Positions 19,153 to 30,900 of a DNA stretch of 64,000 nt are shown here, piece by piece. How positions within the stretch are numbered: the first letter of the stretch is position 1; the number at the start of each line of letters is the position of its first letter. This DNA is from Tatlockia sp. GTDB lineage: Bacteria > Pseudomonadota > Gammaproteobacteria > Legionellales > Legionellaceae. The stretch is from NCBI GenBank assembly GCA_013697955.1, contig JACCVV010000064.1, positions 3,076 through 67,075 on the forward strand, in the 5' to 3' direction. The notes beneath the pieces are model-generated. The model was not told the DNA's origin, ran no database searches, and worked only from the letters and a program-made list of their open reading frames with translations. The translations under genes were made by a program, and so were the position numbers.

Positions 19153-20229
19153 TTAAACCTGTTGGCCGTTGCGTTGCTCCGTAAAGGCCAGGTCTAATTC
19201 CTCATTGGAAAGTAAAGTGGTTTTCTTTTCTGTGGTAATTGGCTGAAAGAAAACCTGGTTGTTACTCTTCTCCTGAAGCCTTTCCCTGTCAATCAAGTGA
19301 TTATCAGAAGAAATATTCTCTAACTTTTTTACTATTTTTTTTTCTGCTGCATCGACTGTTTGTTGAATTAACATGGCAATAGTCATAGGGCCGACGCCAC
19401 CTGGTACGGGTGTATAAGCTAAACAACGAGTTTTGATTGTGTTTAATTCAATATCACCGGTTTTCAATTCGGGATGATATCCAGCATCAATAACTACCGC
19501 ACCATCCTTTATCCATTCGTCTTTAATAAAATTTGGTTTTCCAACTGCGCCAATAATTATATCCGCTTGAATAATAAAGTTTGACAACCCCTGAGTTTTT
19601 GAATGGCAGATGGTGGTCGTAGCATTTTTATTGAGTAACATCGCCGCCATTGGTTTACCTAAAATAGGACTTCGTCCAACTATGACAGCGTGCTTACCTT
19701 CAATCTCAATGCCATAATGGTGTAGTAAAGCCATAATTCCAGAAGGGGTCGCTGAGCCATAAGCAGGTTCGCCCATTGCTAATTTGCCATATCCGACGCT
19801 AGTCACTCCATCGACGTCCTTGCTTATATCAATAGCGTCAAAGCATTCTCGTTCATTTATATGAGATGGGAGTGGATGTTGTAATAAAATACCGTCAATT
19901 TTATCATCGTCATTAAGCTGTTTGATAACCTCGATAACCTTTTCCGTAGTCATGGTATCGCCATCAGGAAAGGAAAGTTTTTTTGATAGCATTCCAATAC
20001 GTTGACAGGCTTTTATTTTCATATTGACATAGGTTGTTGAAGCAGGGTCAACTCCTATTTGAACGGTTGCTAATAAAGGAAGTCGGTTTGTTTGTTGATA
20101 AAATTTTTGAACACGCTCAGATAGATTGGCTTCAATTTCAGCTACCAGAACCTTACTTGAAAGAACTTTTCCAAGTAAACGATTTTTTTCAACTGCCAGA
20201 GGTGTGCCTAAAAGAATTTTTTCTAACAT
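19153..20229 (-). CDS. folD: Bifunctional 5,10-methylene-tetrahydrofolate dehydrogenase/cyclohydrolase (FolD) with ~60-aa C-terminal extension
   Basis: Motifs are YVNMKIKAC, DGILLQHPLP, GRSPILGKPMAAML and PVPGGVGPMTIAML. It is 358 aa, whereas canonical FolD is about 285 aa. Confidence 0.9.
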   Translation of the reverse strand: MLEKILLGTPLAVEKNRLLGKVLSSKVLVAEIEANLSERVQKFYQQTNRLPLLATVQIGVDPASTTYVNMKIKACQRIGMLSKKLSFPDGDTMTTEKVIEVIKQLNDDDKIDGILLQHPLPSHINERECFDAIDISKDVDGVTSVGYGKLAMGEPAYGSATPSGIMALLHHYGIEIEGKHAVIVGRSPILGKPMAAMLLNKNATTTICHSKTQGLSNFIIQADIIIGAVGKPNFIKDEWIKDGAVVIDAGYHPELKTGDIELNTIKTRCLAYTPVPGGVGPMTIAMLIQQTVDAAEKKIVKKLENISSDNHLIDRERLQEKSNNQVFFQPITTEKKTTLLSNEELDLAFTEQRNGQQV

Positions 20230-20308
20230 AATGCTCTCCTATCTTCCACTTTATTGCAGAATGCAGCATATTATTACCTATCTTTCCTTGTTGCAACCGG
20301 ATTTCTGC

Positions 20309-21967
20309 TCATGGTTTTTTTCCTATACCCATAAATAGTTTTCGCATCATTATATGATCGCTATCTACTAACATAGTATTCCACTCCTTAACCAGCTCTG
20401 ATAATTGATTGCTTGATAAATAGCCCTGCTGCACAAGTTTCAGGGGGATCCCCATCCCTTCCGAGTCAAAAAATAACTGGTCACCGACAATTGCGTTGTG
20501 ACTTACCAACATGTCAAACTCAACCTCCTTAAAGCCTGCCTTACTAAGTAATGCGGGTAAAGAACGACCAATTGTAGGATGCCCTCCTTCCGCTTGCCGA
20601 CAATTTTTATAAGCATTATAAATCGCTTTTAATGCGCTAACCTTAGGGTATGTCCAGGTATGAAAATCAAAGTCATTATTGATTAAAACAACCGTCCCTC
20701 CCGGTTTTAACACTCGATAAATTTCAGCAAGTCCTAATGAGGGATCAGGTAAATGTTCTAATAATAACCTTGCAATGACAAAATCAAACTGATTTGATTC
20801 CAGTTGACTTGAAGTAATTGAATTTTGAACTAATGAGACCCTGTCCTGTAATTTTTTCTCATGTAAATTATGAGAAGCGTATTTTATCATTTCAGGATCC
20901 TGATCAAGGGCAGTAACTTTCACGGAATGGAAATGCTGGCAAAGCTTTGTAGTCAAGTAGGCCCAACCGCAACCGGCATCCAGAATTTTCATCCCGTCTT
21001 TTAAACCATAAGCCTGATACCGTTGCAATTCTTGTTTCCAGAAAAGATCGACTTGTGCTTGTAAACGTTTCAACTCATGACGTGCATTAATACTAATCGC
21101 TTCAAATTGATAGGATCCTGGTGCTGGTTTAGAATCTGTCTTTTCTTCAAGCCACACACGAATGACATCGGCTGCTTGCTGCCACTGATTTTCAAGCATC
21201 ATATCGTGAGCGCCAAAACTCAGAGTTTTCAATTCTCCTGAGTAAAAGCGTGCAGTATCCTTGGCTGCTTTTAAGCTTACAAACTTATCTCCCTTATCAG
21301 CAATCATTACTAAACAGGAAGACAACATCGCTGGTATCTGCTCAATTCCAAACAATTTAAACTCGGAAAAAACGCGTTTTGACTGTCTCTGAAACCGTTG
21401 CAAATAACCTTGCCTGGTTTCAGCTGTTAATTCTTTAGAAAAAAATAAAGCCTCTGGAACCTTGCCTTTCCCCTTATTAAATTTCATTAATTTGATAAAT
21501 TGCAATGGATGTCGCAGAGCTGAAAACACTGCAGCACGTGAGGCATTTCGAGGTTTTGGAGAGGCGAGCAAGATTATGTTTTTACATTGATTGTCTGTTC
21601 GTTGAAGATACTGTTGAACCACCACACCACCATATGAATGACCGATTAATACAGGAGGTTCTTCAAAGGTAGCTATTGTCGCTGCTACATCATCAACGTA
21701 ATGATTAAGGTTATATTCATCAAGTGCGTGATGACCCTCAGAGGCACCGTGACCTCGCAAACTCAAAGCATAAGCAGGATAACCGTGACTAGCCAAATAA
21801 GGCATAAAATGTTCTGCCCAACACCAGGCGGCATGAAAAGAACCATGAATAAATAATAAAGCCGGTTTATTCATTTTTTCCTGAGTCATACAGGATAGTA
21901 ATTCCAAATTAATAGCCCCAAATTGGGGGCAATTAACCACAACGGTGGATTGCTCAATAGTTTTCAT
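20309..21967 (-). CDS. Fusion protein: N-terminal alpha/beta hydrolase + C-terminal class I SAM methyltransferase
   Basis: 552 aa.
- Hydrolase part: LLFIHGSFH, nucleophile elbow GHSYGG, later IADKGD and GAHDMM.
- MT part: motif I ILDAGCGWAYL, then FDFVIARLLLEHL and LKPGGTVVL. Confidence 0.8.
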   Translation of the reverse strand: MKTIEQSTVVVNCPQFGAINLELLSCMTQEKMNKPALLFIHGSFHAAWCWAEHFMPYLASHGYPAYALSLRGHGASEGHHALDEYNLNHYVDDVAATIATFEEPPVLIGHSYGGVVVQQYLQRTDNQCKNIILLASPKPRNASRAAVFSALRHPLQFIKLMKFNKGKGKVPEALFFSKELTAETRQGYLQRFQRQSKRVFSEFKLFGIEQIPAMLSSCLVMIADKGDKFVSLKAAKDTARFYSGELKTLSFGAHDMMLENQWQQAADVIRVWLEEKTDSKPAPGSYQFEAISINARHELKRLQAQVDLFWKQELQRYQAYGLKDGMKILDAGCGWAYLTTKLCQHFHSVKVTALDQDPEMIKYASHNLHEKKLQDRVSLVQNSITSSQLESNQFDFVIARLLLEHLPDPSLGLAEIYRVLKPGGTVVLINNDFDFHTWTYPKVSALKAIYNAYKNCRQAEGGHPTIGRSLPALLSKAGFKEVEFDMLVSHNAIVGDQLFFDSEGMGIPLKLVQQGYLSSNQLSELVKEWNTMLVDSDHIMMRKLFMGIGKKP

Positions 21968-21983
21968 AAACGCTAATTCTCAT

Positions 21984-24900
21984 CTAAAAAGTAACAGCTG
22001 CTGATTGTTCAAGTAGTTGTCCCTGGTTGTTTATCATTGCCAAATTAAACAATGGCCTATTATTGGTTTGTATTTTTTGCATATACAAATAATGCTCTTC
22101 ATTATCATTAATTAATAAATTCCAATCGACATTAAATTGACTTTGCTGTAATTCAGGTTCTTCATGCCAAACCTCTTTTAGTAATTGAACATACATGGTG
22201 GTAACATTTGTTAGCGTTCTCGATTCACTATTAATGGTAGCCAAGGCTTCTTCATGATTGGTAACTATATTGACAAATAAATCCGGCCTTATTGGAAGAA
22301 TGGAAATTTGGCAGCGATCTTTTATCTGATTCACATTAATCAAAATGTTTTCATCTATTTTTTTTTCAAAATCAATATACCAATAACTATCTCTGGCAAA
22401 TGGGTAACCGGGTAATCGTAATCGAGAACAATTTTTCATAAATGATTGCCATTGAATAGAAAGGCCCTCTACCCAATGTTGGGCTATCTCTAGCAAAGTT
22501 ATCTCACTTAAAATTAGTGAATTATCTGGTTTTCTCACTTTATTTAAGAGTTCTGAATCAAGATTATGAACTACATTATCGACCGGCTCTAATCCGGTTT
22601 TAATCGCATTTAGTTTATTGATTAATTCCTCTTTTGTGCTCACTATCAAAGCAATCCGCCGTGGGAAATGCTCACGTCCGGTTTGCAGAGTAAAGGCAAG
22701 ATTGGCCATAAAATGCGCATCTTGCCGTTTTTCTTGTTGCAAATACTCAGATAACTGCCTCGTTGAGTCAATCAATTGCTCGGGATTTTTTGCACTGAGT
22801 ATCAATAAATAGGGGGGTAAGGCAGGCGCTTTATGTTCTATATTATTATTCTGGAACTCTTCAATAATAGCGTGCACATTAACCCCGCCAAATCCAAATG
22901 AACTGACACCGGCGCGCCTTGGGATAGGCTCATTAAAAGAAGACAATAACGGTTCCCAGATTTGGGTTTCCTGAACCGGATAGAATGGGGTCTCTGCTAA
23001 TTTTAGATAGGGATTTAATTCCTTGATATGTAAGGTTGCGGGTAAAATTTTATGTTGTAAGGCAAGGATTATCTTAATTAAACTTGCAATCCCTGCGGCT
23101 GACTCAAGATGACCCATATTGCTTTTTACAGATCCTAAGCCGCAATGCTTTGTCATGTTAGGCCCTTTTGAAAAGGCTTGGGTCAAACCTTCAATCTCGA
23201 CAGCATCTCCCAAGGTAGTGCCTGTGCCATGTAACTCTACATAGCTTATGGTACTTGAATCGACTTTTGCTTTTTCAAGTGCTGTTTTAATAACTGCGGC
23301 TTGTGAAGCAGGATTGGGTGCTGTCAAATGTTGGGCAAAACCACCATGATTCATAGCTATCCCTTTAATCACAGCATAAATGGGATCCTTATCAGCTATT
23401 GCAGCCTTAAGCGGTTTTAATAATACCAAACCTCCCCCTTCTCCCCTGACATACCCATTGGCATCCTTATCAAGAGATTTACATTTCCCATCGGGTGATA
23501 ACATCCCAGCCCGGCTAAAGGCTATGAAAGGAGTGGGTGATAAAATTACATTAATACCACCAGCCAAAGCCATTTTGCATTCTCCGTTTAATAAACTTTG
23601 AACAGCATGATAAACAGCCACCAGCGAACTCGAGCAGGCTGTATCAATGGTCTCACTCGGCCCATGCAAACCAAGTAGCCATGAAAGTCGATTGGGGATA
23701 ATGCAAGGAGAGATTCCTGTTAAAGCATGGCCGCCTGCATCTGCCATCGTTAATAATAATTGGGCATAATCATTAGTACTAACCCCTGCAAATACTCCCG
23801 TTTGTGTACCTGCGAGGCTGGAGGGTACTAAACCGGCATTTTCTATGCAATGGATAGCCAATTCCATAAACAAACGTTGCTGTGGGTCCATTAGGTTAGC
23901 TTCATGACGAGAGATTTTAAAATAATCCGCATCAAATTTGTCAATGTTTGATATAAATCCGCCTTTATTGGGTATCAGATCAGGATTTATGTCCCTGACC
24001 TTTTGATAAACCTCCTGCCAGTCGAAACGTTCGGGGGGAATTTCGACAACCATATCCGCGCCCGCTTCAAGATTTTTCCAAAATTTATTCAAATCCGATG
24101 ATTGTGGAAATAGGCCTGCCATGCCAATGATGGCAATCTCCGTATCACTGTTCTGCTGTATATTTTTTATATTTTCCTCAAGTTCAGAATTTTGAGTAAA
24201 ACTATTTGAGGGTTGGTGAAGATTTACCATTTTTTCTTGGTAATGTGCTAATAAATAGGTTATCAAATGGCCAAGTGAATTTTGGCCAAATAGCTCCGCC
24301 GGGCTTAAATCCAGATTATAAATTTCATTAATTTTAGTAGCAAAAACAGACAACGTAATAGAATCAAACCCATATTCGCTCATGGGCTGCTCAAGTGTGA
24401 TATCAGCCTCTGACAAATAAAGCATTTCGGATATTATATTTAGTAAATTTTTCTCTAATAATTGCGTTATTTCTGGCAAATAGTCAGCGCCATTTTTCAA
24501 AGGGCTCACAGATTCATTACTGGAGATTAAAGCTAATTGCTCCCTGAATTTTTCAGTTTGTCCTTGAAAATAAATCAGGTTAGGCGACTTGAATGCAAAA
24601 GCGTTGTTAAAAATCGCAATACCTTCTTCCCCGGAGAGTGGAGTGACCCAATCAAACTGTGGAAGTTGAAGTCCTTGTTCAGGTTTCATGCCGAAAGGTT
24701 GCCAGAGCGGCCAATTCATGGATAAAGTGATTCCTTTTCGCTCTCCCTTCAAAACTTGTTCTGCCCTAAAATTCGCAAATCCATCCAGAAAACCATTAGC
24801 CGCTGCATAATCTGCCTGTCCAGCCGATCCGGCAATACTTGCTAATGAAGAACAGATAAAGAAAAAATCCAGGGGTTCTGACGCGGTTATGTCGTCAAGA

Positions 24901-27900
24901 ACGAGGGTTCCTGTTATTTTTGCTTGGATTAGATGGTAAAAACTGAACCATGTTTTTTGTGTAAGTACGCGGTCATCAATCTGACCTGCTGCATGAATAA
25001 CTCCATCTATGAGGCCATACCTTAAATGAATATCTTCTTTAACAGCCAACATTGAAGCCAAATCACAGACATCTGTACTGTAATATTTTATCTTTGTTCC
25101 CAAGGATTCTATCTTAGCTATTTGTGCAAGCAGTTTATCATTGAGTTTTGAACGTCCTATCCAAATTAATGTTGCCTGATAATTACGCGCTAAAAATGTC
25201 GATAGTTCATAGCCAATGTAGCCACCACCTCCAGTTATCAAATAAATACCATTTTTCTTGAAAGGCTGGCTTGAAAAATCATTTGAGGCAATATCAGGCT
25301 TACTCTCAACAAACTGTTTAATCCATCGTTCTGTCAGATTCCTTTTTATTTCTTCTATTTTAAATGGTTCAATTAACAATTCATCAAGAGCAAGTGAAAG
25401 CACGTTTGAAGGCGTTACCTCTTGATTAAAATTTACTGTTTTCATTTGAATATGATGGTTTTCACGCCATATTGAACGGGAAAAAGCAGCCACTGCGGAA
25501 TTAAATGAGTTTAGTATTGATGAGTCTTGCAAGATGTGAACAATGCGAATATTTTTTGGTAAATTTAACTGCATTAAGGCCTTAGCGAGGAAAAATAATG
25601 GTCTGAGTATTTGCTCATATCCACCTGCTTTTACTGCGTGGTCCAGATCATCAGAAAAAAATAAGATCTCACCCGATTTCAGAAAAATTTCAGGTAAAAA
25701 TTTATGATAATCCTCTTCCTCCATGGCATTTATTTCATAGGTTGATGTATTTATATTCCGGCATTGTTCCCCTAACAGAACATGAATGAATTCAACCGAA
25801 TTGTTAACTTGCCGCCTATCTTGCAGACATAGCATGCTTCGACTGAAAATTAAAACAACCTTTGGTTGATCAAAGGGTTTATGAACACCAAGATTCGAAG
25901 CAGTCCATTGAGGCTGAAAAAAATCGCCAGATAAATTCACCAAAACAGGGTTTTGAAGAGTTTTTATCGCTTGAATTTTTCGTAAAGACAATTCATTTAT
26001 TTTTAATACAACCTTCCCTTCTTCATTAAAAATAACAACATCATAGGCAAGGTTAGCGTTTCTTTTCTCCAGTATTTTACAGTAAGCATAAAGGCGTGAT
26101 GAAAAGGAAGCGTATTGAATTACCTCTTTAATAGAAAAAGGTATCCATTTATCAGTTATTTTTTGGTTGATTCCGATAGCAGTAATCGTTTGGATAGCCG
26201 CATCAACAATAGAAGGATGTAAGGATTCTGAAGGATAGAGTCGCCAAAGATCCTGTTCTATATTAATCAAACTTAGCGATTCTTGCTCGTTATTCCACCA
26301 TTGCTCAATGGCTTGTAAACTTTCTCCGTACTCATATCCCATCAATTGTAATGTCTTATAAATTTCTGCCTTGGAGGAGGTTTGACCGCAGCGCGTTTTT
26401 ATTTCAGCTAACTCAAGATCATTAATGCCTTCACTAAAATCTTCTTCAATTTGACAGGTGGCATGTTCAGTGATGGCGTCTCCATTTACAGTCACAAGAC
26501 TTGCTTGAAATTGATTGCCAATGGGTAGCACCCTTAGCTCAATTTTGGTGAGGTCTTCCACAACAATTGGGCGTAACCAAATCAATTGTCTGAACTTGAT
26601 AAATTTGCCCTTTAGATCGGAAACGAATGACATTGCGACTCTAACCATTTCAATTTGCGCAACTGCTGGTAATAAAAATTGCCCGCCAATTTTATGATCA
26701 GATATTATTTTATCGGCTTTTGAAAAAACTTTGCCGTAGATATACTTATCGCCTTCACGATAATACCCGTCAAGCAACGGATGATTGATAACTTTGTGAT
26801 AATTTTCACACTTGATTGGGCTATATTGCTTTCGATTGAAGGGATAACCGGGTAAATGTAATCGAAGCCTCCGGTTAGCCGCATAAATGCTTTGGAAATT
26901 AATTGTGCCCCCTGCGAGATAATATTCAGAAAGCTTTCTCAATACTTCATCATAGGTTTTAGAATCAGATTCACAGGATAGTAAGCGGGTTATTAGCTGG
27001 TCCTCGGATGCAGGACTCAAAGTTAATTTGCAAGAATTGTCGCTTATCACATTGGTCGAACCAGAGACTTGTAAAAGAGCGTTCATTAACTCTACTTTAG
27101 TGGTAACAACCCAGGACATTCTCTTTGAAAAATGGGTACGACAGAGATTCAAACTAAAACTTAAATCCTCCAGATTGCAATCCTTGCCTTCATTCTGCAG
27201 CCAATGGTGTAAATTAGCGGCCATTTTTACAAGTTCAGTGTTTCGTTTTGCTGATAAGTTAATTAAACAGGGTTTAGCAATAAATTTATTGCCTGGCTTA
27301 TCCCCAAGGTTTGTGAACTCTTCAAGAACCATGTGGCAATTCGTACCACTAAATCCAAATGAACTAAGAGCTGCTCTGCGTGGTTGATTTGTAATTTGCT
27401 TCCAATCAATCAATTTATCAACAACAAAAAAAGGACTATTAGCAAGATCGATGTTTTGATTAGTATTCTTGTAATGAATGCTTGCCGGCAACTTCTTATG
27501 CTTCATTGCCAAAATTAACTTAATTAATCCAGCACTTCCTGCGGCCGCCAGCGTATGACCTATATTGCTTTTTGATGAACCTATCCCGCAAAATTGTTTC
27601 GCATCTGTAAAATGCAAAAACGCAGATTTAATGCCCTCAACCTCGATAGGATCCCCTAATTTTGTACCTGTTCCATGCATCTCGACATAAGATAGCGTTT
27701 GAGGGTTGATATTGATTTTTTCATAAAGGGATCGTATCAAGTTCGTTTGGGATAATGCATTCGGAGCAGTGAGCCCATTGCTTTTTCCATCCTGATTTAT
27801 GGCCGATCCTTTAATTACTGCATAAATACTATTTCCATCAGCAATGGCGTCTTTCAATGGCTTTAATATAATCATACCCACACCTTCTGCAGGTACAAAA

Positions 27901-30900
27901 CCATCGGCTGCATCATCGAACACTTGACACCGGCCTACCTTTGAATACATACCCGTATCATTCAAAAATTCAAAAGGTTCCTGACGAAATAAAGTGCAAG
28001 AAACACCACCAGCAATACTAATCTTGGCTTCTTTCCTAATCAAACTTTGGCAAGCATGATGGATAGCAACCAAGGAGGAAGAACAGGCCGTATCAATGGT
28101 TACCGCAGCTCCCTGTAAATCGAGGAAATAAGCTAGACGAGCAGGTAAAATTGCATTGGAATTTCCCATAACACCCATGGTGTTATGGGGAGAGGACTGA
28201 TAATAAGATGAAGAAACACCAATATAAATACTACAGGATTTATCTAGCGATTCCATTGAATACCCGGCATCTTCGATAGCATGCCAACTGGTTTCGAGAA
28301 ATAATCGCTGTTGGGGATCCATCGCCTCTGCTTCTTTGGGTGATAAATTAAAAAACAAAGGATCAAAACATTGATAATCTTTTATAAATCCGCCAACAAA
28401 TTGGCTGTTTTTTAATTGATGTTCTCTACCCGAAAGCGCATCCAGTCGCTCGTTAGGAAAACAGGTTATAGCGTCTTGGCCATTTTCTAATAATTTCCAA
28501 TATTCATTGGCATTTTCAGCACCTGGAAATCGACAGGCGATACCGATAATAGCGATTTCGGTTTCTTGAGGATCAAGTATTTCTTTCTTTCCCTCTAACT
28601 CTATCTCAGGTCTCTTTTCTGTGAGAAATACATACAATCGTTCGAGATCTGGATAGTTATATAAATCGGTAGCGGTCAGCATTAAGTCAAGTTTTTGATT
28701 AAGCACTTTGACTAATTGACTGGCAATAATGGAGTCTACCCCTAATTCAAAAAATGGCCGAGCCAGCGAAATGTCATCAGCTAACTCCAATTCCTCGCGT
28801 ATTACCGATTCAATCTGTGCTCGTGTAAGCGCTTTTGTTGTCGCTTTGCTATTGAGGGACAGCTCCAACGTTTTTTGGGACTTAATTGGCTGTTGAATCC
28901 GCAAGTCCAGGTCGGTAAACCAATAATTGTCCCGCAAAAAGTCATAGCCAGGTAAAGAAATGCGACTTAACGATTGCTGTTCATAGAGTTTTTCCCAATC
29001 AATGTGGCAACCACTTATCCATAACCGCGACAGTTCATGATTATCTTTATTAGCCAATGCTACCTTGATCGATCGTTGTGTTACATCATCATCAACAAAC
29101 CTTGATTGAGAATGCCCAATGTTGATATCTGAGCTACTCTGATTGTTCAGGTAGAGCTTTAATTTAGCAGTCAAATCCTCTATGTCTGTAGCAATCATTG
29201 CAACACGTAGGTCCATTGCCACGCGGCCCACCTGCAGTGTATAAGCCAGTTCGCTTAATGAAATGAATTTATTTTGTAAAAACAAGATTAATTTCTGAAC
29301 TTTTTGCTCTAATACAGATTGTTTTTTTGCTGAAAGAACAATGAGAAGAGGAGATTTTGTAGAAGGACTTTGTTCCTGGTCTCTTTGACCTACATGCTCT
29401 TCAACTATCATATGAACATTGAGTCCCCCGGCTCCGAATGAGCTAATTCCCGAGCATTTTTTATACGACGTTTGCACTAAATTAGTTAGGGTTTGTTGTA
29501 GATAAAAAGGCGAGTCTGCAAAATTTATCTCTGCATTTATTTGAGTTGCATTGATAGATGGAACTAATACGCCATGCCGCATTTGGAGAAGCACTTTAAT
29601 TAAACTTGCAATACCGGAAGCTCCCTCTAAATGCCCAATATTGCCTTTAAGGGATCCGATAGCACAGGATTGATTTTTTAGTGAAAATTGACGAAACGCT
29701 TTGGTTAATCCATTAATTTCTATAGGATCACCTAAAGGAGTCCCTGTACCATGAGCTTCGATGTAGTGAATAGTTTTTGGATCGGTACCAGTAGATTCTA
29801 TAACTCCAGTAATTAATGCTGCTTGCTGTTGCATGTTGGGTACTGTAAATCCATGACTTTTTCCACCATGATTTATGCCGTGACCACGAATCACTGCATA
29901 AATATTATCATTGTCTTTTATAGCTTGATCTAAGGGTTTAAGTAGGATCGCTCCAACCCCCTCCCCGGGAATGATACCTTCTGCGTCGGCTGAAAAAGGG
30001 CAACATTGGCCATTATCTGCAAGCATTTGTGCACGTTCAAGCCATAAATAATGTTCCGGCGTTAAAATCAGGTTAACACCACCTGCGATTGCTGCAGAAC
30101 ATTCACCCCGACGGATAGAGTCACATGCCATCGCAACGCTGGTGAGTGAAGAAGAACAAGCGGTATCAATGGCTAAGCTCGGTCCTTTAAAATCAAGACT
30201 ATGCGATACACGATTCGCAATTGACCATTGAGCGGAGTGTGCCTCAACAAAAGTCCCATCAAAAGAATGCTTGGCACCTAAACATTGATATTCGCCGTAC
30301 ATTACACCAACAAATACACCGACACCTTGTTTATGATTCGTTTGCAAACGCTCAGGGGTATAACCCGCATCCTCAATAGCTAGCCAGCTAGTTTCCAGAA
30401 AAATTCGTTCCTGAGGATCCATCAACCGTGCTTCGATTGGCGAGATATTAAAAAACAGAGGATCAAAACAAGCTAAATCATCAATAAATCCACCGGAATA
30501 GTTTTTGTTAAACCCCAATTTTTTGCGAAGAGCAGGCAAGGAACTAGTACAATCAACACCTGCTTTCAAATTTTCCCAAAACTCATCTTTGTTTTTTGCC
30601 TTGGGAAATCGGCAGGCTATTCCAATTACTGCAATCGGAGCTGTTGAACTGGCTGAATACTCAGGATTTAGCTGCTTTGTGGTGGATGATTGAACAGGAG
30701 AACCCAATAGGGATTGCAGTTTTTCCCGATGATTTTGAATAAAATATTGAATAAGGGATTGAATATTATCATGCTCAAACAATAAGGTTTTAGATAATTT
30801 CCCAAAATCCTTTTCTAACATTTCAATCACGGTGATAGCAACTAAAGAATCTATCCCATAATTTGCAAATTTATTATTGGTTCTAATCAATTCCCGGTCT

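Noticed and set aside
13466-20338. Short ORFs at 13466, 13545, 13920, 14952 and 14956 (antisense to the helicase), 18381 (antisense to 17978..18655), 20034 and 20126 (antisense to folD or in the intergenic gap), plus 61908..62096 and 63427..63696 further right.
   Set aside because: These are overlap artefacts with no conserved motifs. 63427..63696 spans the gap between two minus-strand genes and overlaps both.
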